Assembly: GCA_050246755.1 (NCBI GenBank)
Contig: JBFWVL010000001.1
Span: 512,001 to 576,000 of the forward strand
Direction of reading: 5' to 3'
DNA length: 64,000 nucleotides
Source of the DNA: Bacteriovoracia bacterium
GTDB taxonomy: Bacteria > Bdellovibrionota > UBA1018 > CAIPTA01
The notes under the pieces are model-generated. The model saw only the letters and a program-made list of their open reading frames with translations. It searched no databases and was not told the DNA's origin. Below, piece by piece: positions 8,147-18,800 of this stretch. The position numbers and the translations under genes are program-made. Each line of letters begins with the position of its first letter. The stretch's first letter is position 1.

Positions 8147-10954
8147 GTGAAACAGAATGCTTTAATCATCGTTGAGTCGCCTACGAAGGCCAAAACCATC
8201 AAGAAATTCTTGGGGCGCGACTATACGATTTTGGCCTGCAACGGCCATATCCGCGATCTCCCGAGCACGGCCGCGGAAATTCCGGCGGACGTGAAGAAGG
8301 AAAAATGGTCCCGCATCGGGATCAACGTGGCCGATAATTTTAAGCCCCTCTATATAATACCCGGCAAAAAGCACAAAACCTTGGGGGAGCTGCGCAAAGC
8401 CCTGAAGGAAGCCGATACCCTCTACCTCGCGACCGACGAAGACCGCGAAGGGGAAAGCATCAGCTGGCATTTGCTGGAAGTGCTGAAGCCAAAAATTCCC
8501 ACGAAACGCATGGTATTCCACGAGATCACGCAAAAGGCGATCATGGATGCCCTCGCCAACCCCCGCGATCTCGACGAGAAACTCGTGCGCGCGCAGGAAA
8601 CCCGCCGGATCTTGGATCGCTTGGTGGGCTATACCGTTTCGCCCCTGATCTGGAAAAAAATCGCCTTCGGCCTCAGCGCCGGACGCGTGCAGTCGGTAGC
8701 CTTGAAAGCCCTCGTGGATCTCGAGCGCGAACGCATGCGTTTCGTGAGCGCAAAATACTGGGGCGTGGCGGCAGATCTCGCCAAGGGCAATGATTCCTTC
8801 GAAGCCAAGCTCACCCACCTCGGACTCGCGAAAATTGCGGTGGGAAAAGATTTCGACGAAAAAACTGGTAAGCTCATCGAGAAAGACGGCGGAAACCCGG
8901 TGGTGATGCTGAACGCGGCGGCCGCGCAAACGCTGCTCGAGGAAGTACGCAAGAATTCCTGGAAGATTGCGGATCTCGAAGAGAAGCCGGTCTCGCGCAA
9001 ACCCGCTCCTCCTTTTATTACGTCCACGCTCCAGCAGGAAGCCAACCGTAAGCTCGGCCTTTCGGCGCGGGAAACGATGCGCATCGCCCAAGGGCTCTAC
9101 GAACGCGGTTTCATCACCTATATGCGTACCGATTCCGTAAACCTTTCTGAATCCGCGATCCAGAGTTCGCGCGCCCTGGTGAAAAAGCTCTACGGCCCCG
9201 ACTACCTCAGCGACGGGCCGCGCCGTTATACTTCCAAAGCCAAAGGTGCCCAGGAAGCCCACGAAGCGATTCGTCCCTCTCTCGATTTCACCCCGCCCCA
9301 AGACATGGGCCTGCGTGGAAAAGAGCACGACGTATACCAGATGATCTGGATGCGCACGATCGCCACCCAGATGTCGGATTCGAAGCAGCTCCAGGTTTCG
9401 GCTTCGATCGAAGTGCCCACCTCTAAGGGCCAAGCCCGCTTCCATTCTTCGGGCATGAAAATTTTATTCCCCGGCTTCCTCCGCGCCTACGTGGAAGGCT
9501 ACGACGATCCCGACCATGCCCTCCTCGAGCGCGAGCGCTTCCTCCCCGATCTCAAAGTGGGCGATACCGTGAAGCACGTGAAGAGCGAAGTAACGGAGCA
9601 CGAAACCAAGCCGCCGGCCCGCTACTCCGAAGCCTCGCTGATTCAGTTCCTCGAAAAAGAAGGCATTGGCCGCCCCTCTACGTACGCTTCGATCGTGAGC
9701 ACGATCCTCGACCGCAACTACGCCGTTCGGAACGGGAACATGCTCGTGCCCACTTTCACCGGGTTCGTGGTTACCGAATTGATGCGTAAGCATTTCGCCG
9801 AGCTCGTGGACACGAAATTCACCTCCAACATGGAAGAGAAGCTCGACGATATCGCCGAGGGCAAGCTCGCCTACCTTCCCTACCTCAAAGAATTCTACCT
9901 TGGAAAAAAAGGCCTGGAGCAGCGCGTGGCCGATGAAGACAAGGTCATCATCCCCGAGGAGGCCCGCTCCCTGCATTTCGACCACGTGAAAAATCTCAAC
10001 GTGTTCGTGGGAAAATACGGCGCCTACTTCGAATATACGGATCCCAAGACCGGGGAAAAGGTGAAAGCCTCGCTTCCGGAATCCATGGCGCCGAGCGACC
10101 TCAACGAAGAATCAATTCACAGCTTAATCGAGCAAGTGAAAAAAGGCGCCGAGAGCCTAGGCACCGAGCCCGAAACCAAATTGCCGATGTACCTCAAAAC
10201 CGGCACCTACGGTCCCTATATCCAGCTCGGCGAAACGCCCACGGATCCAAAACAAAAATTAAAGCGCGTGAGCGTGCCCAAGGGCATCGATCCTAATTCG
10301 GTAGACGAAGCCCTCGCGATCCGCATCCTCGGTCTGCCCCGCCTCGTGGGAATGCATCCCGCCACCGGCAAAGAGATCCGCGCCTCCGTGGGCCGCTTCG
10401 GCCCCTACGTGGTGCATGAAAAAGATTTCCGCTCCCTGAAAAAAGAAGATTCCGTGCTCGACGTAAACCTCGAGCGCGCCCTCGAATTATTCGCGCAGCC
10501 CAAAGGCAAAGGCCGCCGCTCGGCCGTGGTGCGCGCGATGGGCGAGCATCCCGTTACCAAAAGCCCGGTGGAAATCCTCGACGGCCCCTACGGCCTCTAC
10601 GTGAAGCACGAGAAAACCAACGCCACGATTCCCAAAGACCGCAAGCCCGAAGAGCTCACGATGGAAGAAGCCGTGAAGCTGCTCGCCGAGCGTGAAGAGC
10701 AGAGCCCGAGCAAAAAGAGCAAAGGCAGAGCGGCCAAAGGCTTGACGCCCAAACCCGTGCACGTAAAAGAGAAGAAGGCTAAGAGCAAGGCGGCAAAAGG
10801 GCAGAAAGGCAAGAAGGCGGCGAAGACCGAGACTGCCGAATCTTCCGAGACCGCCATCGGTTCTCGCACGGCCGCTAAGCTGGCCCGTGAGATCGAGAAG
10901 CTCCGCAAAGAAAACGAGAAACTGCGCGAAGCCCAAGGGAAGCAAAGCACTTGA
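8147..10954 (+). CDS. topA: DNA topoisomerase I (type IA)
   Basis: LIIVESPTKAKTI, ATDEDREGE, SAGRVQS, ITYMRTDS (catalytic Tyr), AHEAIRP; C-terminal GRFGPY-type repeats and Lys-rich tail. Confidence 0.97.
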   Translation: MKQNALIIVESPTKAKTIKKFLGRDYTILACNGHIRDLPSTAAEIPADVKKEKWSRIGINVADNFKPLYIIPGKKHKTLGELRKALKEADTLYLATDEDREGESISWHLLEVLKPKIPTKRMVFHEITQKAIMDALANPRDLDEKLVRAQETRRILDRLVGYTVSPLIWKKIAFGLSAGRVQSVALKALVDLERERMRFVSAKYWGVAADLAKGNDSFEAKLTHLGLAKIAVGKDFDEKTGKLIEKDGGNPVVMLNAAAAQTLLEEVRKNSWKIADLEEKPVSRKPAPPFITSTLQQEANRKLGLSARETMRIAQGLYERGFITYMRTDSVNLSESAIQSSRALVKKLYGPDYLSDGPRRYTSKAKGAQEAHEAIRPSLDFTPPQDMGLRGKEHDVYQMIWMRTIATQMSDSKQLQVSASIEVPTSKGQARFHSSGMKILFPGFLRAYVEGYDDPDHALLERERFLPDLKVGDTVKHVKSEVTEHETKPPARYSEASLIQFLEKEGIGRPSTYASIVSTILDRNYAVRNGNMLVPTFTGFVVTELMRKHFAELVDTKFTSNMEEKLDDIAEGKLAYLPYLKEFYLGKKGLEQRVADEDKVIIPEEARSLHFDHVKNLNVFVGKYGAYFEYTDPKTGEKVKASLPESMAPSDLNEESIHSLIEQVKKGAESLGTEPETKLPMYLKTGTYGPYIQLGETPTDPKQKLKRVSVPKGIDPNSVDEALAIRILGLPRLVGMHPATGKEIRASVGRFGPYVVHEKDFRSLKKEDSVLDVNLERALELFAQPKGKGRRSAVVRAMGEHPVTKSPVEILDGPYGLYVKHEKTNATIPKDRKPEELTMEEAVKLLAEREEQSPSKKSKGRAAKGLTPKPVHVKEKKAKSKAAKGQKGKKAAKTETAESSETAIGSRTAAKLAREIEKLRKENEKLREAQGKQST

Positions 10955-11421
10955 AAGCCGCGGTAGTGGCCGCCGTTCTCGCCGCCCTCCAAAAAGAACT
11001 AGCCCAGCTCAAAGTGGCCGCCGCTTCCGCGCAGGACGCCGCCACGAACGAAGAGAATAAGCCCGAAAACCAGTACGATACCCGCGCCCTCGAGGCCAGC
11101 TACCTCGCCGATGCCCAGAGCCAACGGGTGCAAGGGCTCGAAAGAGCCGTAAAAGCCCTGCGCGATGCGCCCCCTTTGGGTAAATTCACCTCCGTAACCA
11201 CCGGCTCCCTCGTGGAAGTGAGCGCCGAGGGCCAGTCCCGCTGGTTTTTCCTGCTCCCCGCCGCGGCCGGCATGGTAGTGGAAGTGGCGGGCAAAAAGAT
11301 ATCGGTGCTCGGCCACGAATCCCCGGTGGGCCTCGCTTTGCTCGATAAATCCGCGGGCGATGCCGTGGAAGTGCGCGGCCCGGGCGGCCTGAAGGAATAC
11401 GAGATTGTTAGCCTCGAGTGA
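10951..11421 (+). CDS. GreA/GreB family protein (divergent)
   Basis: N-terminal coiled coil with ENQYDTRALEASYL; C-terminal SPVGLALL..SAGD.VEV. Confidence 0.8.
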   Translation: MKAAVVAAVLAALQKELAQLKVAAASAQDAATNEENKPENQYDTRALEASYLADAQSQRVQGLERAVKALRDAPPLGKFTSVTTGSLVEVSAEGQSRWFFLLPAAAGMVVEVAGKKISVLGHESPVGLALLDKSAGDAVEVRGPGGLKEYEIVSLE

Positions 11422-12286
11422 CAAATTTCAGCGCATCTACCTCGAGATCGGGAACGTCTGTAATTTGCAATGTAGCTTCTGCCCGGAAGTGGACCGCACC
11501 AAAACCCGCCTCGATAAAGAAAGTTTTTCGAATCTGCTCGCACAGGTGAAGCCCCACGCCGAGTTCGTATGCTTCCACGTGATGGGCGAACCCCTGGCCC
11601 ACCCCGAGTTTTCTCTTTTTGTTTCTATTGCCGCCGCGCTCGGCGTGCCGGTGGAGATCACCACGAACGGAACTTTGCTCAGCGAGACGAACGTGGGAGC
11701 TTTGCTGAATCCGATCATTCGTCAGGTGAATTTTTCCCTGCAGAGTTATTTCGATAATTTTCCCAAGGCGAACCCGGAAGCCTACCTGGCGAAGATCTTT
11801 TCTTTTTGCCAGCGCGCTTTGGTGGAGAGACCCGAGCTTTATTTGAATTTCCGGCTCTGGAATTTAGCGCCCGGCGAAGTGCGCGACGAGCTGAACGAAT
11901 TGCTATTGCTGCGCATCGAGAAAGAGTTTTCCGTGCAGATCAACCGTAACGTGGACGCCCGCCTGATCAAGAGCAAAAAACTCTTGGGCCGGCTTTACAT
12001 GCACTACGATACCCGCTTTCGCTGGCCGGATCCCGCCGATCCAGTTTTACGTGAGCAAGGAACCTGCTGGGGCACCCGCGCGCATATCGCCGTGCACGCC
12101 GATGGCACCGTGGTGCCCTGCTGCCTGGACAAAGAAGCGCGGATCCCTCTAGGGAATTTGAAAAATCAAACTTTGGACGAAGTTTTGGCGAGTCCCCGCT
12201 ATTTGGCGATGCGAAAAGGCTTCGAGAACGGGAAATTAGTAGAAGATCTCTGTCGCCGCTGCGACTACGCTTCGCGGTTTGCTTGA
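11405..12286 (+). CDS. Radical SAM / SPASM (twitch) domain protein
   Basis: CNLQCSFC, GEPL, TTNG, C..G...DGTVVPCC, C-terminal CRRC. Confidence 0.9.
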   Translation: MLASSDKFQRIYLEIGNVCNLQCSFCPEVDRTKTRLDKESFSNLLAQVKPHAEFVCFHVMGEPLAHPEFSLFVSIAAALGVPVEITTNGTLLSETNVGALLNPIIRQVNFSLQSYFDNFPKANPEAYLAKIFSFCQRALVERPELYLNFRLWNLAPGEVRDELNELLLLRIEKEFSVQINRNVDARLIKSKKLLGRLYMHYDTRFRWPDPADPVLREQGTCWGTRAHIAVHADGTVVPCCLDKEARIPLGNLKNQTLDEVLASPRYLAMRKGFENGKLVEDLCRRCDYASRFA

Positions 12287-12288
12287 GA

Positions 12289-13593
12289 TTATTTTACCAA
12301 GTCTTTTAATTTCACTATCTCTTGCAATCCGTCCCCGCTCTCCACGCTGGCGGTCCCATCAGCAAAGATAGTTAGAATTTTTACCTCTGCGCCATCCTTG
12401 GTATTGGCCAAGGAGCCGCTTCGGAAACCGTCCAGCCGCAGCACTTCCGGAAAAGTATCTTCGGCCTTGCGAATGATCGTGTTGACCGGGCCTTGTCGGG
12501 AAAAGCGAAAAAGTTTGCTGGCCCCTTTGCCCCATACTGGTCCATCTACATACCCCAGCCTCACGCTGCCGTCGGCAAATAGTTCTTTCACTTCCGTGAT
12601 CAACTCACCCACCCTCACGAGACTTCCTTCTTTCAGAACCACGCTCTGCTTTCCCAAATTCTCAAAGGTTCCGGGCTTCAGTGTAATTCGGCTTACGGCA
12701 GGCACGAGGTCATCGGCAGATCTGTCGATGTATTTCTGCTTCTTAAACCCTCGGATCCGAGTCGGGCTCGTTTGCACCGATCCATCGCTGTATACTCCAC
12801 TCACCGATTCCACCGACTTTCCATCTTCGGCCAATACCCTGGCGCCCTTTTCGTAGACCGCCGTTTTCTTCTGGGCGTGGGGCAGATGCTCGACATTCGC
12901 CTTAATTTCATCCACTCCCCTCGATACTTCTTCCGCGTGCGAAGTAAGAAAAATTCCGCGGGAAGATTCGCGCGGCCGCCGGAACAATCGTAAGGTACCG
13001 TCGGCAAACGCCTCATCTACCCAGTAGATTTTTCCGTCGGAAGCCTTAACGCCCAGGCCCTTCTTGATGGTTATTCCGCCCTTTGTCTCGAGCGCCTCTA
13101 CCGTCGGCACCAGTTCCTTCGCGTTTACTACCTTTATGCCAAGGTCACGATTTTGGGTCTTTGGCCTAGGCAGCTCCGTATTGATTCGAACGCGCCCGTC
13201 GGCAAAAATATTTTTTATTTCCACGATTTTGCCGTTTTTATCCACGGCATAGTCGCCCGACCTCAACGCCAGTTCTTCTTTACCCGCGTACTTGAACTTT
13301 CCGCCCACCGCTCGCTCCCCTACCTCCTCGGAAAGAGTTTCGGGGCCTACCCTAACCCGAGTCTTGATCCAGCGATTTCCCTCGCGCTTGTATAACCTTA
13401 CGGTCACCTTGTCGGACTTCGGGCCGATTAGCCGGGTACCGACTCGGCCATCCGGCAACATTACCTCTTGAGAATACGAGACGTCCTCTACGCCGGTTAG
13501 CGCTATGTTCCGGAACGATTCCGTGCAGTTGATCGCGTAAACTTGTTGCGTGGAAAAAAGAAAAAAGGACAGTAATAGCAACGAGCGGAACAT
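12289..13593 (-). CDS. Secreted protein with tandem FADG-type repeats
   Basis: Signal peptide, GGAG RBS; repeats IFADGRV, AFADGTL, VYSDGSV, LFADGSV, IFADGTA. Confidence 0.7.
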   Translation of the reverse strand: MFRSLLLLSFFLFSTQQVYAINCTESFRNIALTGVEDVSYSQEVMLPDGRVGTRLIGPKSDKVTVRLYKREGNRWIKTRVRVGPETLSEEVGERAVGGKFKYAGKEELALRSGDYAVDKNGKIVEIKNIFADGRVRINTELPRPKTQNRDLGIKVVNAKELVPTVEALETKGGITIKKGLGVKASDGKIYWVDEAFADGTLRLFRRPRESSRGIFLTSHAEEVSRGVDEIKANVEHLPHAQKKTAVYEKGARVLAEDGKSVESVSGVYSDGSVQTSPTRIRGFKKQKYIDRSADDLVPAVSRITLKPGTFENLGKQSVVLKEGSLVRVGELITEVKELFADGSVRLGYVDGPVWGKGASKLFRFSRQGPVNTIIRKAEDTFPEVLRLDGFRSGSLANTKDGAEVKILTIFADGTASVESGDGLQEIVKLKDLVK

Positions 13594-13791
13594 AGAAGTC
13601 TCCTGGATAATCTTCGCCTAAGTAATCCAATTCAGTTTAATGGCTATCCACGAAAACTCATATTGCTTATATTTACCCAGCAGACCGTGTAATAAACGGT
13701 TTCCGTAGTCTCCCTAAAAATGAAGCTCACCAAAAATCCCAACGCGGCGCGAACTACGCTAAATTGTTTAGTTAAATGCCCATTCAAATAA

Positions 13792-13830
13792 TTCAAACGT
13801 TCATTTGATTTTTTCAAATAAACGTTTTAA
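13792..13830. promoter_or_regulatory. Probable TetR operator pair (inverted repeat)
   Basis: TTCAAACGTTCATTTGAT (13792-13809) and TTCAAATAAACGTTTTAA (13813-13830) are near reverse complements, just upstream of tetR. Confidence 0.6.
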
Positions 13831-13838
13831 ACTGAATT

Positions 13839-14459
13839 ATGTCCCAGAAGCCCCAAGACCTCGACACCTCGGCCCGCCTCATGGCGGCGGCCACCGATGT
13901 TTTTTCGGAAAAGGGCTTCGGCGGAGCCACCGTGAAGGAAATCGCCGATCGGGCCGGCGTGAACATCAGCCTCATCAGCTACCACTTCAACGGCAAGGAA
14001 GGATTGTTCCGCGCCTGCCTGGAAAAATTCGGCCGCGAGCGCCTGCTGCACGCCGAGCGCATCCTCACTGCTCCCGAAAACGTGGAGGATCTTAAGGCCA
14101 AGCTCAAGCTCTGGATGATGGAATTCCTGCAATGCCACGTGGAAGAAAAAAGCGTCTGCGGGATCCTCCACCGCGAAAACGTGATCGAGCATAAGTTCAT
14201 GTGGGAGGTGTTCCAAAATACCTTTCTCAAGGCTTTCGAGGCCAATGCGAAATTTTTCGAAGCGGGCAAGAAAAAGGGAATCGTAAAAAAAGAAATCGAT
14301 CCCATGCTCATGGGCGCCATCGTGTTCGGCACCCTGATTCACCTCGGGCGCAGCCAGGAAATCCAGAAAGTGTGGATGGGCGTTTCGATCGAAAGTGAGA
14401 AATACCGCGCCCAGGTGACAGAACAATTTGTGATGATTTTATTGAACGGGATTACTTGA
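13839..14459 (+). CDS. TetR/AcrR family regulator
   Basis: FSEKGFGGATVKEIADRAGVNISLISYHFNGKEGL HTH. Confidence 0.93.
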   Translation: MSQKPQDLDTSARLMAAATDVFSEKGFGGATVKEIADRAGVNISLISYHFNGKEGLFRACLEKFGRERLLHAERILTAPENVEDLKAKLKLWMMEFLQCHVEEKSVCGILHRENVIEHKFMWEVFQNTFLKAFEANAKFFEAGKKKGIVKKEIDPMLMGAIVFGTLIHLGRSQEIQKVWMGVSIESEKYRAQVTEQFVMILLNGIT

Positions 14460-14467
14460 GGTTTGAG

Positions 14468-15880
14468 ATGAAGAAGTTATTGATCGTTTCTTTTCTGCTG
14501 GGGCTAACGAGCGCGATTTCCACCTTTGCCGCCGAAATATCCGTGAATGATTATTTGGGGCAAGTGCAGAGCCAAAGCCCTAATTATAAGGCGTCCGAGC
14601 TAAGTGCCGAAGGGCAATCGCTGCAGAAATCGACGGCGACACTCATCACTGCGCCCTACCTATTTGCCGGCTACCAGAATCTCGATGACCGCCAAGAAAT
14701 GATGACCCCCGCTTTCTCGGGAGACCGCACCCAAGGCAATACATACTCCGTGGGCCTCGGCATGAACACCATCGTGGGCCTCAACGCGAAGTATTCGTTC
14801 AACGTGGCACACGCCGAGATCAAGAACGCCACGCTCCTTCCCCTCCCCAACTACTATACTTCCTATAATAAGCTCGAGCTCACCCAGAGCTTGCTGCGCA
14901 ACGGCTTCGGATCCGAGGTGCGGGCGCGGAGAGACGCGCAGCGCTGGCTCCACGAAGCCCGCAGCCTCGGCGATGAATTCCAGCTCCAGATGAAACTCGT
15001 GGAAGCCGAGAATACTTTCTATCGCCTTGCCTTCGCCCGCCGCGCCATTCAGGTGCAGCAGGCCGTGCTGGCCCGCGCCGAGCGCATCTTGAGCTGGGCA
15101 AAACGGCGGGTGAACAATCAGCTCGGTGATCGCGCCGATTTGCTGCAAGCCCAGTCGAGCTATGATATCCGCCGCTTAGAGCTCCAGAGCGCGCTTGAAG
15201 AGCAACGGGTGGCCGCGCGGGCGTTTAACCTCCTCCGCAATGCCCCGGGCGACACGGTGAATGAAGGCCTCCAATTGCCGACCATCGAGCAAACGATTCA
15301 TCTCGTGGGCAGTGAGCGCAAAGCGGCGCGCCTCGATCTCGCCGCCGCCGAGGCCCAGACCCAAGCCACGATCGCGAGCGCCCAGCTGGAAAAAGAAGCG
15401 GTAAAGCCCACCCTCGACGTATTTGCGAATATCGCCTGGAACGGCCGCGACGCAAAGCGCTCCGAAGCCATCCGCGAAGCGCAGAAATCGAGCCACAGCA
15501 CCACGGCGTTTGGCGTGAACTTGAATCTCCCGCTCGCGTTCGGCGCGATCGATAATTCCTGGAAGGGCTTGAACATGAGCCAAGAAGCGGCGCGCCTCGA
15601 TCTCGAACATAAGCGCCTAGCCGAAGACCGGGACTGGCGCGATCTCAGCGCTCGCCTCGTAGATGCCCGCACCCGCCTTGAGCTCCTCCAGAAAATCGAG
15701 GACGTGCAACGCGATAAATTCGAGAATGAGCGCCAGCGTCTCTTGCGCGGCCGCACCACCACCTATCAGGCGCTGATGTTTGAGCAGGACTACGCGCAAT
15801 CGCAGCTGCTCAGCCTGAGAACCCAGGCCGAAGTGCTCCAAGTGATTTCCCAATTAAAGCTTTTCCGAGGTGAACAGTGA
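14468..15880 (+). CDS. TolC family outer membrane efflux protein
   Basis: Signal peptide, two OEP-like halves, located between tetR and an RND gene. Confidence 0.85.
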   Translation: MKKLLIVSFLLGLTSAISTFAAEISVNDYLGQVQSQSPNYKASELSAEGQSLQKSTATLITAPYLFAGYQNLDDRQEMMTPAFSGDRTQGNTYSVGLGMNTIVGLNAKYSFNVAHAEIKNATLLPLPNYYTSYNKLELTQSLLRNGFGSEVRARRDAQRWLHEARSLGDEFQLQMKLVEAENTFYRLAFARRAIQVQQAVLARAERILSWAKRRVNNQLGDRADLLQAQSSYDIRRLELQSALEEQRVAARAFNLLRNAPGDTVNEGLQLPTIEQTIHLVGSERKAARLDLAAAEAQTQATIASAQLEKEAVKPTLDVFANIAWNGRDAKRSEAIREAQKSSHSTTAFGVNLNLPLAFGAIDNSWKGLNMSQEAARLDLEHKRLAEDRDWRDLSARLVDARTRLELLQKIEDVQRDKFENERQRLLRGRTTTYQALMFEQDYAQSQLLSLRTQAEVLQVISQLKLFRGEQ

Positions 15881-18800
15881 ATTTCGTTGAACTCTCGATC
15901 CGCCGCCCAATCTTCATCACTTGCTTAGTGCTCGTAATGCTCGCCGTGGGCTGGCGTTCGATGCAGAGCCTCGGGGTAGATCTTTTCCCGAACGTAACCT
16001 TTCCCGTGGTTACGGTTTCCACTCCCTACCCCGGCGCGAGCCCCAACGAGATCGAGACCCTGGTCTCCAAACCCATCGAAGACGAAGTAAGCACCATTTC
16101 CGGCCTCAAGCGCCTGAGCTCCATCAATAAAGAAGGCGTGAGCGTGGTGGTGGCCGAGTTCACCCTCGAAACCGACGTAAAATACGCCGAACAGCAGATC
16201 CGCGACCGCGTGTCCTCCGCCAAGACGAAATTGCCCAAAGACATTGAAGAGCCGATCATCCGCCGCATCGACCCCTCCGACCAGCCGGTGATTACGATTT
16301 CCCTCGAGGCCGACCTTAAGGACCAGGAGCTCTTCGAGCTCGCCGACAAGGTGATCCGTCCGAAAATCGAGCAGGTGAACCAAGTAGGCCTCGTGGAAAT
16401 TATCGGGGGCCGTGAGCGCGAGATCCATGTGGAGCTCGACCGTCAGAAATTAAAATCTTTTGAGATATCCGCCAGCCAAGTGGCCACCCGCCTCTCTTCC
16501 GCGGGCGAGAACGTGCCCGTGGGTAAAGTTTCCGCCGGCGCTAGCGAAACGGTTTTCCGCGCCCTTGGCCAGTTCGCGCATATCGAAGATATCAAGAGTA
16601 CAATCGTAAACTTCTTCGGCAGCGACGTGCCCGTGACCATCGCCGACGTCGGAACCGTAACTGATACCGTAAAAGACGAAACCTCCCGCGCCTTCGTGAA
16701 CGGCAAGAAGTCCGTATTCATCAACGTATTCCGCCAAAGCGGATCCAATACCATCGCGGTGGTGAACAACGTGCTCAAGCGCATGGACAAGATCAACGTG
16801 GAGGTGAAAGACCAGCCCGGATCGCCGAAGCTGCGCACTATCCGCAACGCCGCCGTGTGGATCGAGAACAACGTGAAGGACGTGGAAGAGTCCATTATGT
16901 ACGGGATCATCCTCGCCGTGCTCGTGGTGTATTTCTTCTTGGCCAATGGCCGCTCCACCATCATCACCGGCCTCGCCCTGCCCAATTCCCTGATCGGCGC
17001 CTTCGTGCTCATGGCGGCGGCGGGCTTCACGATTAATATCATGACCCTCCTCGCCCTCTCTCTCTCGGTGGGCTTGCTCATCGACGATGCCATCGTGGTG
17101 AGGGAAAATATATTCCGGCATATCGAGAACGGAGAAGAACCGATCACCGCCGCCCGCAATGGAACCAAGGAAGTGCAGCTGGCCGTAATCGCCACCACCT
17201 TCACCGTACTCGCGGTGTTCGGTCCGGTGGGCTTCCTAAAGGGCGTAGTGGGGCAATTCTTCAAAGAGTTCGGACTCACGATCTGCTTCGCGATGATGAT
17301 CTCCCTCTTTGATGCCCTCACCGTTGCGCCCATGCTCTCGGCCTACTTCGCCAGCCACAAAACGAAGCGCACCGGCGGTCTCTGGTACAATACCGTGGGC
17401 CGGGCCGTAAGGGGTTTTGGCCGTTTCCAGGACTGGCTCGAAGCCAAGTACATGAACGTGCTGAAATTCACCCTGCGCCGCCCTCTCTTCGTGCTCGGAA
17501 TGAGCTTCCTCGTTTTCCTCGGCTCTTGTTCCACCGTGATCTTCGTGCCGAAAACTTTCTTGCCCACCCAGGATGCCGGCGAGTTCCAGATCACCTTCGA
17601 TCTTCCCCCGGGTTCTTCCCTCGATAATACCCACAAGGTAGGCATTGAGATCGACAGGATCATTCACGAGAACAAAGCCGTGGAGCTTTCCGCCATGACC
17701 ATCGGCGACCGCGATGGCCAGGCCAACGTAGGCGATTTCTACATTAAGCTCGTACCGAGCCACCAGCGCCGTGGCATCAATACCAGCAAAGTGAAGCAGG
17801 ATCTGCGCGATGCGCTCAAGCCGATGATGAAGTATACGCCGGTAGTGAAAGACTACGATGCCGTGGGCGGGGGCCAGCGCCCTTTCCAGATGAATATCAT
17901 CGGCGACGACCAGAAACTCCTCGAAGAGTACGGCCTCAAGATGCTCGAGCGCGCCCGCGCCAATAAAGGCCTTAAAGACGTGGACGTGAATTTCCGCGTG
18001 GGCAAGCCCGAATTCCAGATCGCGATCGACAAGAACCGCGCCGACAAGCTCGGCGTGAGCACCGTGCAGGCGGGAATGGAATTGCGCACGCAGATCGAGG
18101 GCCTCACGCCCGCGAAATTCCGCGAGCACGGGGAAGAGTACGACGTGCGCGTGCGCCTCCGCGCCGACCAGCGCGACCTCAAGGGGAACTTCGAAAAAAC
18201 CTATGTGCCCAATATCAATTTCAATCTGGTGCGCCTGCGCGACGTGGCCACGGCGATCGATACCCAGGGCCCTTCCCGCATCAACCGCCAGGACCGCTCC
18301 CGCTACGTGCAGATCCAGGCCGATATCGCCCCGGGCGCCGGCATGGGCGACGTGATGAACGAGCTCACCAAGGACATGACCACGCCGGGCGAATTCAAGC
18401 TGCCGGACGGAATGCGCTACGGTTTCGTAGGCCAAGCCGAAAACTTCCAGGAACTCAACGATTCGATGGGAACCGCCATGATGTTCGGCGTGCTCTTCAT
18501 CTTCCTGGTTCTGGCTTCCCTCTACGAAAGCTTCGTGACCCCATTTACCATCATGCTCGCCCTTCCGCTCGCGATCTGCGGGTCCACCGTGGCCCTCGCC
18601 CTCACGGGAGAGAGCCTGAATATCTTCTCGATGATCGGAATGATCATGCTGCTCGGGGTGGCCACGAAGAACTCGATTCTTCTCGTGGACTATGCGCACC
18701 ATCTCGTGAAGGACGGTTCTTCCCGTTACGATGCCATGATGGCCGCCGGAAAAACGCGGCTCCGCCCCATCCTCATGACCACGATGGCCCTCATCGCGGG

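Noticed and set aside
17236-18702. 488-aa antisense ORF (also 8162-9445, 26544-27809, 46973-47848, 57354-58253, 60577-61449)
   Set aside because: Shadow ORFs opposite well-supported genes; expected from biased third-position codon usage; no recognisable motifs.
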